DNA of 32,000 nt from Mycolicibacterium smegmatis (GCF_001457595.1 NZ_LN831039.1:5550001-5582000); one strand, 5' to 3'. Counted from the stretch's first letter, positions 14,896-22,751 are shown. The notes: generated by a model from the letters alone, not told the origin. Made by a program: numbers and translations.

Positions 14896-15660
14896 TTACT
14901 GCGGTTCGCGCTGGAATTCCGCGCTGAGTTCACCCGCGACGCGCTGCAGGATCGGCACCACGTAGGTCGCGGCGTCGACCGTGACCCGGCCGTCGGGACC
15001 GGACACCGAGATCGCGGTGAGCGTCGGCGCGTTGGGCACCGGCACGGCGAAGCAACGGACTCCGATCTCCTGTTCGGCCTCGTCGGCGGCATACCCGCGT
15101 TCGCGGCTGCGCTGCAATTCGTCGATCATCGCGTCGACGTCGGTGATGGTGGCCTTGGTGTAGGCCGGCATCCCGGATCGGGTGAGCAGATCGCGGACGT
15201 CGTTGTCGCGCATCTGCATCAAGAGCGCCTTGCCGACACCGGTGCAGTGCAGGTGTACGCGACGACCGACCTCGGTGAACATGCGCATGGTGTGGGCCGA
15301 CGGCACCTGCGCGACGTAGACGGCCATGTTGACGTCCAGCACGGCCATGTTGGCGGTCTCGCCGATCGCCTCGACGAGTTCGGCCAGGCGCTCCCGCGAC
15401 GAACGGCCGAACTGCTGAGTCGCGCTCTCACCGAGCCGGATCAGGCGCGGCCCCAGCGCATACCGCCGGCTGGGCAGTTGGCGCACGTAGCCGTTGTTGA
15501 GCAGGGTCCTGATGAGCCGGTGGATGGTGGGAACCGGCAGACCGGTGCGCTCGGAGAGTTCGCTGACCCCGATCGAACTGCTCACCGAGGCCATGATCTC
15601 CAGAAGCTCGAAGCCTCGTTCGATCGACTGCACCCCGCCCGTGGACGGCGGTTTCCCCAT
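14896..15660 (-). CDS. IclR-family transcriptional regulator (AllR/GclR-like by context)
   Basis: Track ORF 14896..15660. It has an N-terminal wHTH (VQSIERGFELLEIMASVSSSIGVSELSERTGLPVPTIHRLIRTL) and a C-terminal IclR effector domain (..GYAADEAEQEIGVRCFAVPV..). It lies immediately downstream of gcl on the same strand. Confidence 0.92.
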   Translation of the reverse strand: MGKPPSTGGVQSIERGFELLEIMASVSSSIGVSELSERTGLPVPTIHRLIRTLLNNGYVRQLPSRRYALGPRLIRLGESATQQFGRSSRERLAELVEAIGETANMAVLDVNMAVYVAQVPSAHTMRMFTEVGRRVHLHCTGVGKALLMQMRDNDVRDLLTRSGMPAYTKATITDVDAMIDELQRSRERGYAADEAEQEIGVRCFAVPVPNAPTLTAISVSGPDGRVTVDAATYVVPILQRVAGELSAEFQREPQ

Positions 15661-15687
15661 ACGTCACTCTCCCAGGTTCGCCCCCGG

Positions 15688-15714
15688 CCACTATTCCACA
15701 CCGCGGAATAGTGG
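15688..15714. promoter_or_regulatory. Palindromic operator candidate upstream of iclR (CCACTATTCC-N7-GGAATAGTGG)
   Basis: Perfect 10-bp inverted repeat, 28-54 nt upstream of the iclR ATG. Its core TTCC-N7-GGAA is shared with the palindrome at 19363-19381. Confidence 0.6.
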
Positions 15715-15734
15715 TTCCAACTTTGCTGGGAGAG

Positions 15735-15762
15735 CCGGCCGCCCCGGGCGGGGGGCGGCCGG
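15735..15762 (-). terminator. GC-rich hairpin after gcl (U-tract-less terminator candidate)
   Basis: CCGGCCGCCCC (15735-15745) pairs with GGGGCGGCCGG (15752-15762). It starts 6 nt after the gcl stop. No U-run follows. Confidence 0.5.
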
Positions 15763-15767
15763 TCTCA

Positions 15768-17564
15768 CTAATCGAACAGCGCCAGCGCCGCGGGGGCGTC
15801 GTCGAGGTCGACGGCGAGCGGTTCGAACTCGGTGACGTTGTCGAGTTCGGTTCCCATGGCGATGTTGGTGACGCGTTCGAGGATGACCTCGACGACGACG
15901 GGCACCTTGTGCTCGCGCATCAGTTCCTGCGCGCGGCGCAGCCCCGGCCCGATCTGATCGGGTTCGGTGACACGAATCGCTTTGCAGCCCAATCCTTCTG
16001 CGACGCGCACGTGGTCGACGCCGTAGCCCTTGGGCATGGAGTCGGACGTCTCGTGTTCCTGCGCGTTGATGTTGTCGAAGGCGAGCGACACGTGGAAGTC
16101 CATGTCGAACTGCCGCTGGGCCTGGCGGATCAACCCGAGGTAGGAGTTGTTCACCACCACGTGGATGTACGGCAGGTTGAACTGCGCGCCGACCGCGAGT
16201 TCCTCGATGAGGAACTGGAAGTCGTAGTCGCCGGACAGCCCGACCACGGTGGCCGATGGATCGGCCGCGACCACACCCAGCGCCGCGGGCAGCGTCCATC
16301 CCAGCGGACCGGCCTGGCCGCAGTTGATCCAGCCACGGCGCCGGAACACCTGCAGGAACTGGCCGCCGGCGATCTGCGACAGGCCGATCGTGCTGACGTA
16401 GCGCACGTCGCGGTCGAAGGCTGAGTTCATCTCCTGGTAGACGCGCTGCGGTTTGATCGGAATGTCGTCGAAGTGCGTCTTGCGGTGCATGGTGCGCTTG
16501 CGGTACAGGCACTCCTCGACCCAGTTGGCGCGGCTGGGCAGAGCACCGCTCGCGCGGCGCTCCCGGGCCACCTCGAGCATCTGCTCGAGCGCCGCGAGCG
16601 CGTCGGACACCACGGAGTAGTCGGGCGCGAACACCCGGCCGATCTGTGTGGGTTCGATGTCGATGTGGACGAATTTGCGTCCCCGCCGGTAGGTTTCGAG
16701 CCCACCGGTGTGCCGGTTGGCCCAGCGGTTGCCGATGCCCAGGACGAAGTCCGACGCCAGCATGGTCGCGTTGCCGTAGCGGTGTGCGGTCTGCAGACCG
16801 GCCATGCCCGCGGCCAGCCGGTGGTCGTCGGGGATGGTCCCCCAGCCCATGAGCGTCGAGATCACCGGCACGTCGAGCAGTTCGGCGAGTTCGACCAGTT
16901 GATCCTCGGCGCCTGCGTTGACGATGCCGCCGCCTGCGACGATCACCGGACGGTCGGCCTGGGCCAGCATGTCGAGGACCTTGACGGCCTGCGCCCGTGT
17001 CGCACGCGGCTTGTACACCGGGAGCGGCTGGTAGGTGTCGGGGTCGAACTCGATCTCGGCGAGTTGCACGTCGAGCGGCAGGTCGATCAGCACCGGGCCG
17101 GGCCTGCCCGATCGCATGAGGTGGAACGCCTGCGAGAACGCACCGGGCACCTGCGCCGGTTCCAGCACCGTCATCGCCATCTTGGTCACGGGCTTGGCGA
17201 TCGCGGCGATGTCGACAGCCTGGAAATCCTCCTTGTGCAGGCGCGCGGTCGGCGCCTGCCCGGTGATGGCCAGGATCGGGATCGAGTCGGCCATGGCCGA
17301 GTAAAGACCCGTGATCATGTCGGTGCCCGCTGGGCCGGACGTGCCGATGCAGACGCCGATGTTGCCCGCCTTGGCCCGGGTGTATCCCTCGGCCATGTGG
17401 CTGGCGCCCTCGACGTGGCGGGCCAGCACGTGCCGGATGCCCCCGTGTGCGCGCATCGCCGCGTAGAACGGGTTGATCGCCGCCCCCGGCAGCCCGAAAG
17501 CCTGTGTGGCGCCCTCGAGTTCGAGGATCTTGACTGCCGCGTCGACAGCGCGCATGCGGGTCAT
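15768..17564 (-). CDS. gcl: glyoxylate carboligase (tartronate-semialdehyde synthase), ThDP-dependent
   Basis: Track ORF 15768..17564, 598 aa. The opening [57 protein letters not shown].. is Gcl-like, and the ThDP motif [33 protein letters not shown] is present. The ATG overlaps the glxR stop (ATGA 17561-17564). Confidence 0.95.
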   Translation of the reverse strand: MTRMRAVDAAVKILELEGATQAFGLPGAAINPFYAAMRAHGGIRHVLARHVEGASHMAEGYTRAKAGNIGVCIGTSGPAGTDMITGLYSAMADSIPILAITGQAPTARLHKEDFQAVDIAAIAKPVTKMAMTVLEPAQVPGAFSQAFHLMRSGRPGPVLIDLPLDVQLAEIEFDPDTYQPLPVYKPRATRAQAVKVLDMLAQADRPVIVAGGGIVNAGAEDQLVELAELLDVPVISTLMGWGTIPDDHRLAAGMAGLQTAHRYGNATMLASDFVLGIGNRWANRHTGGLETYRRGRKFVHIDIEPTQIGRVFAPDYSVVSDALAALEQMLEVARERRASGALPSRANWVEECLYRKRTMHRKTHFDDIPIKPQRVYQEMNSAFDRDVRYVSTIGLSQIAGGQFLQVFRRRGWINCGQAGPLGWTLPAALGVVAADPSATVVGLSGDYDFQFLIEELAVGAQFNLPYIHVVVNNSYLGLIRQAQRQFDMDFHVSLAFDNINAQEHETSDSMPKGYGVDHVRVAEGLGCKAIRVTEPDQIGPGLRRAQELMREHKVPVVVEVILERVTNIAMGTELDNVTEFEPLAVDLDDAPAALALFD

Positions 17565-18475
17565 GGCCGCTCCTTGGTGTTCGAGGACCCGGGCTCGGTG
17601 GAGGCGCCGGAGAGTTTGGCGATGGTCCGGAACAGTCCGGAGTGGTCCAGTGCGCCGTCGCCGTTGATGCGTGCCGACGCCATGAGCTGCGCGACGGCCG
17701 CGCCGATCGGCGTGACCACGCCGGCCTCGCGCGCGGCGTTGGTGAGGATGCCGAGGTCCTTGTGGTGCAACTCGATCCGGAATCCGGGGTCGAATGAGCG
17801 GTCGAGCATCTTCTGGGCCTTCTGGTCCAGCACGGCAGATCCGGCGAGCCCGCCGCCCAGCACCTTGACCGCAGCGGTGGTGTCGACGCCATAGGCCTCC
17901 AGGAAGATGATGGCCTCGGCGAGCAGGGCGATGTTGCCCGCCACGATCAGCTGGTTGGCGGCCTTGACGGTCTGCCCGGCTCCGTTGGGCCCGACGTGCA
18001 CGATCGTCTTGCCGACGGCCTCGAGCACGGGCATCGCGCGGCTGACGTCCTCGTCGGCGCCACCGATCATGATGGACAGGGCCGCGTTCTTGGCGCCGAT
18101 CTCACCTCCCGACACGGGCGCGTCGATGAGGCGCAGGTCGTGATCGGCGGCCTGCTTGGCCAGGTCCATGCTGACGTCGGGCCGGATGCTGGAGAAATCG
18201 ATGATCAGCGTTCCCGGTGCGGCACTCGCGAACACGCCGCCGTCGGCGGTGAGCACCTCGGTGACGTCCGGTGAGTCCGGCACCATCACCGCGACGATCT
18301 CGGCGCCGTCGACGGCGTCGGCGATCGAGTCGGCCGCGGTGCCGCCCGCGGCGACCAGGTCGGCGGTGCGGTGCGGCGACCGGTTGTAGCCCTTGACCGT
18401 ATGGCCGGCCTTGACGAGGTTTACGGCCATCGGGCTCCCCATGATACCCAGCCCGATGAATGCGATCGTGCTCAT
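17561..18475 (-). CDS. glxR: 2-hydroxy-3-oxopropionate (tartronate semialdehyde) reductase
   Basis: Track ORF 17561..18475. The opening [20 protein letters not shown] gives a HIBADH-family fold. It sits between hyi and gcl. A strong RBS (GAAGGAGGGG) is present. Confidence 0.9.
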   Translation of the reverse strand: MSTIAFIGLGIMGSPMAVNLVKAGHTVKGYNRSPHRTADLVAAGGTAADSIADAVDGAEIVAVMVPDSPDVTEVLTADGGVFASAAPGTLIIDFSSIRPDVSMDLAKQAADHDLRLIDAPVSGGEIGAKNAALSIMIGGADEDVSRAMPVLEAVGKTIVHVGPNGAGQTVKAANQLIVAGNIALLAEAIIFLEAYGVDTTAAVKVLGGGLAGSAVLDQKAQKMLDRSFDPGFRIELHHKDLGILTNAAREAGVVTPIGAAVAQLMASARINGDGALDHSGLFRTIAKLSGASTEPGSSNTKERP

Positions 18476-18505
18476 ATCCCCTCCTTCTCGGTGGTCAGTC
18501 GGTGG

Positions 18506-19339
18506 TCAGCGGTCGGCGCGGGCGTGCACCGAGCGGTGTTCGAGAGGCAGCCAGTCGAACGGATCCTCGCGGCTGGCCTTGTATTCCAGGCCCACGTAGC
18601 CGCGGTAGCCGTAGCCTGCGAGCTGTTCGAGGTAGCCCGCCAGCGGCAGCGACCCGGTCCCCGGTTCACCACGGCCCGGCGCGTCGGCGATCTGCACGTG
18701 GCCGATCAGGTCGGCATGGCCTTCCAGCGCGGCAGGCACGTCGTCGCCGTTGACGCTCATGTGATAGACGTCGGCCAGAAGACGCAGGTTGTTGGCGGTG
18801 CCGTCGGACTGCGCCGCGACGCGGTCGATCACGGCGACCGCGTCGGCGGCGAGTTTCAGCGGGTACAGCGGTGACCCGCTGACGGGTTCGATGAGGACGA
18901 CGGCGTCGATGGCGCGGGTGGCTTCCGAGGCGTAGATCAGGTTCTCCACCGCCGCCGCGTCCTGCTCGTCGACGCCGGCGTCGTCACGGCGGTTGCCGTA
19001 CAGGGCGTTGAAAGCCTTGGTGCCCAGGCGCTTGGCGATTTCGACGGCGATGTCGACGCTCGCGCGGAAGTCTGCGCTGCGTCCCGGATGCGACAGGATG
19101 CCGCGCTCACCACCGGGCATGTCCCCCGCGGCGAAGTTCAGACCGGTGAGCTGCACTCCCGCGTCGGAGATCGCGCTCACGAACTCGTCGACCTCGCGGT
19201 CGGACGGGGTGGCCTCGGCGAAAGGCCACCAGAACTCGACCGCGTCGAAGCCCGCGGCCCGCGCGGCCTCGGGGCGCTGCAGCAGTGGCAGCTCGGTCAA
19301 CAGGATCGAGCAATTGACGGTGTACGGGCTTGCCGGCAT
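18506..19339 (-). CDS. hyi: hydroxypyruvate isomerase (xylose-isomerase-like TIM barrel)
   Basis: Track ORF 18506..19339. It contains ..GFDAVEFWWPF.., ..NALYGN.., ..LIEPVS.., ..GHVQIADAPGRGEPGTG.. and ..GYVGLEYK... GAGGAG lies 9 nt upstream. It is the first gene of the hyi-glxR-gcl operon. Confidence 0.9.
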   Translation of the reverse strand: MPASPYTVNCSILLTELPLLQRPEAARAAGFDAVEFWWPFAEATPSDREVDEFVSAISDAGVQLTGLNFAAGDMPGGERGILSHPGRSADFRASVDIAVEIAKRLGTKAFNALYGNRRDDAGVDEQDAAAVENLIYASEATRAIDAVVLIEPVSGSPLYPLKLAADAVAVIDRVAAQSDGTANNLRLLADVYHMSVNGDDVPAALEGHADLIGHVQIADAPGRGEPGTGSLPLAGYLEQLAGYGYRGYVGLEYKASREDPFDWLPLEHRSVHARADR

Positions 19340-19362
19340 TCGCGGAGGCTCCTCACGTTCAA

Positions 19363-19381
19363 TTTTCCGTATTGCGGAAAA
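19363..19381. promoter_or_regulatory. Palindromic operator candidate upstream of hyi (TTTTCCG-N5-CGGAAAA)
   Basis: Perfect 7-bp inverted repeat, 24-42 nt upstream of the hyi ATG. It shares the TTCC-N7-GGAA core and spacing with the palindrome at 15688-15714. A degenerate relative, GTTTTC-N6-GAAAAC, lies at 19434-19451. Confidence 0.6.
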
Positions 19382-19524
19382 CTAGTTTCGTTATGAGGAA
19401 CAGTGAACAGGCTCACACAGCGTCATGTCAACAGTTTTCCGGCACGAAAACGCCCGTCCCGGTTCGGAATTTGGAGTACGGGCGTACTGAGGAGACCGCC
19501 GATGACGCGCCCCACATAGCGCCT

Positions 19525-19551
19525 CTAGCACTTGAGGCGGTAGAGTGCTAA
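19525..19551. promoter_or_regulatory. CIRCE element (HrcA operator) upstream of ruc
   Basis: CTAGCACTT-N9-GAGTGCTAA compared with the CIRCE consensus TTAGCACTC-N9-GAGTGCTAA. The right arm is perfect, the left arm matches 7/9, and the 9-nt spacer is exact. It ends 28 nt upstream of the GTG start at 19580. Confidence 0.8.
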
Positions 19552-19579
19552 CTAGTTTGATCGACTCGGAGGTTTTCGC

Positions 19580-19900
19580 GTGCCTACCTATTCCTATGCG
19601 TGCACCGAATGTGACAATCGGTTCGACGCGGTTCAGGCTTTCAGCGATGACGCGCTGACCACGTGCCCGAAGTGCTCGGGCCGCCTGCGCAAGCTCTTCG
19701 GTTCCGTCGGTGTGGTCTTCAAGGGCAGCGGTTTCTACCGCACGGACAATCGCAGCGACTCCGGCAAGAGTTCCTCCAACGGATCGTCGTCCAAGTCTTC
19801 CGAGAATTCGTCGTCCTCGGGATCGTCGTCGAGCTCGTCCGACAGCTCCTCGTCGAGCTCTTCGAGCAGCGCCGCACCGGCCGCTGCCGCCTCCAGCTAG
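19580..19900 (+). CDS. ruc: FmdB-family zinc-ribbon protein with a disordered Ser-rich tail; homologue of the redox-regulated chaperone Ruc (Rv0991c)
   Basis: Track ORF 19580..19900. MPTYSYACTECDNRFDAVQAFSDDALTTCPKCSGRLRKLF carries the CxxC..CxxC zinc ribbon. The C-terminal ~50 aa are almost pure Ser. GGAGG lies 8 nt upstream of the GTG. Confidence 0.9.
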   Translation: MPTYSYACTECDNRFDAVQAFSDDALTTCPKCSGRLRKLFGSVGVVFKGSGFYRTDNRSDSGKSSSNGSSSKSSENSSSSGSSSSSSDSSSSSSSSSAAPAAAASS

Positions 19901-19908
19901 ACGCTGCC

Positions 19909-19939
19909 GCCGGCCTGGTTATCCACAGGCCGGCTTTTT
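19909..19939 (+). terminator. Intrinsic terminator after ruc
   Basis: GCCGGCCT (19909-19916) pairs with AGGCCGGC (19927-19934) around a 10-nt loop, followed by TTTTT (19935-19939). Confidence 0.75.
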
Positions 19940-19978
19940 GCGGTCATCACCACGGGCGAAGCCGCTTACCGTGACGGC

Positions 19979-20629
19979 ATGGCCGAATTCCTCAACCCCA
20001 CGGCGTGGCATCGGCTGACCGCCGCCATGCGCCCGGACTGGACGCGAACCGTGGCCGCGCGCCGTGCGGCCGCTGCCGGTCTGGTGCTGCTCGCGGCCGT
20101 CGCCGCGGTGCGTTCCGATCCCCGCGGAGACCACGTCGACGTCGCTGTCGCCGCGCGCGATCTGGTGCCGGGAACCGCGCTCACCGCCGAGGATGTCCGG
20201 CTCGAAAGCCGCAGTGCCTCAACTTTGCCCGATGGGGCACAGAGCGACGTGGGCGCCATCGTCGGCGCGACGCTCGCCGGTCCGATGCGTCGCGGCGAAG
20301 TCCTCACCGACGTGCGGGTCATCGGGTCGCGCCTGGCCGACCTGGCCGTGGGACCCGACGCGCGGATCGTGCCGCTGTCCCTCGGGGACGCGGCGTTGCT
20401 GGATGTCATTCGCGCCGGTGACGTCGTCGATGTCCTGACGACGCACGACGAGGAGGCGAAGAGCGCCACACCACGGCTGATCGCCAGCGACGCCGTGGTG
20501 GTGCTGGTATCGCAGAAACCCAAAGGGGCGGGCCAAGATCGGGTGGCGCTGGTGGCGTTGCCCGCACGGTCAGCGCATGAGGTTGCCGCAGCCAGCCTGA
20601 CGCAGGCCGTGACGCTGACGATTCACTGA
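19979..20629 (+). CDS. SAF-domain protein (CpaB/RcpC-like; Rv0990c-position homologue)
   Basis: Track ORF 19979..20629. It has an N-terminal TM/anchor (AAAAGLVLLAAVAAV), then a SAF-like segment (VAVAARDLVPGTALTAEDVRLE) and a beta-rich C-terminal part. There is no SD, but TACCGT lies 6 nt upstream of the ATG, so it may be leaderless. Confidence 0.75.
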   Translation: MAEFLNPTAWHRLTAAMRPDWTRTVAARRAAAAGLVLLAAVAAVRSDPRGDHVDVAVAARDLVPGTALTAEDVRLESRSASTLPDGAQSDVGAIVGATLAGPMRRGEVLTDVRVIGSRLADLAVGPDARIVPLSLGDAALLDVIRAGDVVDVLTTHDEEAKSATPRLIASDAVVVLVSQKPKGAGQDRVALVALPARSAHEVAAASLTQAVTLTIH

Positions 20630-20829
20630 CCCTGCTTGGCGTCCTCCAATGCGTCGAGCACCATGTCGGTCAACTCGTCGACCGTCGAGGTGGCCGAAGA
20701 CCCCGGAGCGGGGGTCGGCGTCGGCACCGGTTCGGCTGCCGCCACCGCGGCCGACACACCTACGGCCACCACGGCGAGTCCCACACCGGCCAAAACACCC
20801 GAAACCGCACGACCGATCCGTCGGTTCAT
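20623..20829 (-). CDS. small secreted protein (68 aa; signal peptide plus acidic ~40-aa mature part)
   Basis: Within track ORF 20623..20910. I prefer ATG 20829 (MNRRIGRAVSGVLAGVGLAVVAVGVSAAVAAAEP..), with GGAGAG upstream. It shows n-h-c signal-peptide architecture with AxA, and the mature part is EPVPTPTPAPGSSATSTVDELTDMVLDALEDAKQGQ. GC3 is high. The 3' end overlaps the SAF gene by 7 nt. Confidence 0.6.
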   Translation of the reverse strand: MNRRIGRAVSGVLAGVGLAVVAVGVSAAVAAAEPVPTPTPAPGSSATSTVDELTDMVLDALEDAKQGQ

Positions 20830-20974
20830 GTCTCTCCATTTCGATGCGATTGCCGCGCAAGCGGTCTGATTCTCGGCGAAGACGCTAACAGGCGAATACC
20901 ACAGGCGCATGCTGGACGGGGTTAGGGTTTGCCTATCCGACCAACGGAACCGTTACTGCAGGAAGGGTCCCCGC

Positions 20975-21445
20975 ATGTTGAAGGGCTTCAAGGAGTTCCT
21001 CTCCCGAGGCAACGTCATCGATCTCGCAGTTGCTGTGGTCATCGGCGCTGCCTTCACCGGCCTGGTCACCGCGTTCACGGAAAAGGTCATCCAGCCACTC
21101 ATCGACCGCATCGGCGCGGGCGGCGAACGCGAATACGGCATCCTCAAGATCCCGCTCGGTGGCGACCCGGAGCAGTTCGTCGACCTCAATGCCGTGCTGT
21201 CGGCGGCGATCAACTTCCTGATCGTCGCGGCGGTGCTGTACTTCGTGATCATGCTGCCCTACAAGAAGCTGCGTGAGCGCGGCGAGGTCGAGCAGGCGCA
21301 GGACACCGAGCTGAGCATCCTGACCGAGATCCGGGATCTGTTGGCGGAGAACAGCAATGGTTCCACAGGGAAGCACGTCAGCGGCCCAGGCACCGGCCCC
21401 AGCCCCGACACCGCCACCTACACCAGCGGCGACCGCACCTCCTGA
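20975..21445 (+). CDS. mscL: large-conductance mechanosensitive channel
   Basis: Within track ORF 20909..21445. The ATG at 20975 is preceded by [38 protein letters not shown] is the canonical MscL N-terminus/TM1. Confidence 0.95.
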   Translation: MLKGFKEFLSRGNVIDLAVAVVIGAAFTGLVTAFTEKVIQPLIDRIGAGGEREYGILKIPLGGDPEQFVDLNAVLSAAINFLIVAAVLYFVIMLPYKKLRERGEVEQAQDTELSILTEIRDLLAENSNGSTGKHVSGPGTGPSPDTATYTSGDRTS

Positions 21446-21477
21446 GTCACCTCTGAAAAACCGAAGACAGAAACAGA

Positions 21478-21505
21478 GCAGCCCCCGGAGAAATCCGGGG
21501 GCTGC
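21478..21505. terminator. Bidirectional intrinsic terminator between mscL (+) and mspC (-)
   Basis: GCAGCCCCCGG (21478-21488) pairs with CCGGGGGCTGC (21495-21505) around loop AGAAAT. TTTGT follows on the plus strand, and an A-rich run (cagaaacaga) precedes it. Confidence 0.8.
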
Positions 21506-21523
21506 TTTGTCGCCTGCAAGGCG

Positions 21524-22171
21524 TCAGTTCATGTTCCAGGGTTCGCCGTAGGTGGTGACCGAGTCACCGGTCGAGGCGATCAGGCGGGCGAACGGACGCA
21601 GCAGCACACCGCCGGCCGCACCGGTGACGGTGCCGTGCGCGTTGGAGACCGCTACTCCGCCTGCGGGACCCGAGACGTCGACCGAGAACGTCGCGACTTC
21701 CTGGATGCCGGGGCCGTTGCCCAGGTCGGCCGAGATCGACACACCGGGGAACAGGTTCGGGGTGATGACCGACTCGAGGCCGAAGGGCGGACCGGTGATG
21801 TCACCGTCGTCGATCAGGATGTTCGGGGTGGTGTAGCTGAAGTTGATGCCCACACCCAGCGACCACGGGAAGCCGATCTGGTAGCCGAGTTCCAGCGTGC
21901 CCTCGAACTCATCGGCACCGGGGCCGGCCACGATGTACTTCGCGCGACCGGAGTGGAACCACTCACGGGTCAGACGGTTGCGGTCCAGGGGGAACACACC
22001 ATTGAGGAACGTATCCCACTGCTGCACGGTGAGGGTGCGGTCCTGACCATCGACAAGGCTGAGCTCATTGTCGAGACCCGCGTGAGAGGTGCCCGCGCTC
22101 ACGAACAACCCCGCGACGGCCGCAGCCAACGCGGAAATCATCGCGATCAGCACCCGACTGATTGCCTTCAT
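21524..22171 (-). CDS. mspC: Msp-family octameric outer-membrane porin (MspC-like)
   Basis: Track ORF 21524..22171. The mature sequence GLDNELSLVDGQDRTLTVQQWDTFLNGVFPLDRNRLTREWFHSGRAKYIVAGPGADEFEGTLELGYQIGFPW.. is essentially MspA as I remember it. It carries G96, E102, P138 and A139 instead of A, N, A and E. That four-residue pattern is the one I associate with MspC. The RBS is AGGGAG. Confidence 0.93.
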   Translation of the reverse strand: MKAISRVLIAMISALAAAVAGLFVSAGTSHAGLDNELSLVDGQDRTLTVQQWDTFLNGVFPLDRNRLTREWFHSGRAKYIVAGPGADEFEGTLELGYQIGFPWSLGVGINFSYTTPNILIDDGDITGPPFGLESVITPNLFPGVSISADLGNGPGIQEVATFSVDVSGPAGGVAVSNAHGTVTGAAGGVLLRPFARLIASTGDSVTTYGEPWNMN

Positions 22172-22563
22172 GTTCTCCCTAGCTATGTCGCCGGCGGCCC
22201 CTCGGGTCCACCGATGTTGTGGTGTAGGTGCCCGGCCCGACTACGACCGTCCACCCGGCAAGACCGTCATGTGGCGCGAATTAAAAGCTCCACACTCTGT
22301 TCTTACGTTCTGCTCATCGTTGACACGAGGAACATAACGGGGAGGCCACGGACCGGCAACGCAGGGGGACAAAGGCGCGTTCATGTCGCCTCGCCCGTGC
22401 GGACTTTGCTAATCGGGAGTGCTCAAATGAGCGGAGGGGGTGCCGAGAATGAGCGTCGGCGGGTCGGCAATGCCGCGACGCGCCTCACGGCGACACAGGA
22501 CGCGACCCGCGCCTGATGCGACGATGCCGATTTCTGGCACGCATTACCCAAAGGTGTCGCAGG

Positions 22564-22722
22564 TCACTCGTGGTGCGGCGGAACGTTCTGACGCAGCCAG
22601 CGATCGTGCTCGTTCTCGTCTTCTGGCGAAGCCGTGTCACGTTCGTCGGGCGCGATTTCGGGCAGCGCTTCGCCGAAGATCTTGTTAACTGTGTGACGGT
22701 TGGGCTTGTCCGGTTTTCCCAT
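22564..22722 (-). CDS. small conserved-looking hypothetical protein, 52 aa (below the ORF-track length cut-off)
   Basis: Translated by hand: MGKPDKPNRHTVNKIFGEALPEIAPDERDTASPEDENEHDRWLRQNVPPHHE*. AAGAGG lies 8 nt upstream of the ATG (22722), and GC3 is mostly G/C. Its frame differs from the implausible 163-aa track ORF 22485..22976. Confidence 0.6.
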   Translation of the reverse strand: MGKPDKPNRHTVNKIFGEALPEIAPDERDTASPEDENEHDRWLRQNVPPHHE

Positions 22723-22735
22723 TGCGATACCTCTT

Positions 22736-22751
22736 TGTGATGAAGATCACA
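22736..22751. promoter_or_regulatory. Perfect CRP/FNR-family palindrome TGTGA-N6-TCACA
   Basis: TGTGATGAAGATCACA read directly. It lies 14-29 nt upstream of the 52-aa ORF start. That is just downstream of a candidate minus-strand promoter: TTAACC (22784-22779), 17-nt spacer, TACGCT (22761-22756). Confidence 0.6.

Noticed and set aside
18490-18509. Direct repeat GGTGGTCAG x2 at the hyi stop / glxR RBS junction.
   Set aside because: It is short, its 11-nt phase is not in frame, and it sits in a 30-nt intergenic spacer. It is most likely a chance or slippage duplication without separate function.
19330-19551. 73-aa plus-strand ORF in the hyi-ruc intergenic region.
   Set aside because: It has low GC3 and no RBS. 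It spans the operator palindromes and the CIRCE element, so the region is better explained as a divergent regulatory region.
19380-19557. Two copies of the AT-rich palindrome AACTAGTT(T) at 19380-19388 and 19550-19558. I considered them KstR/TetR-type operators because of the AACnnGTT core.
   Set aside because: The flanks do not fit the TnnAACnnGTTnnA pattern. The second copy is largely explained as the right arm of the CIRCE element (GAGTGCTAA-CTAG). The first copy remains unexplained, but a single 8-mer is weak evidence.
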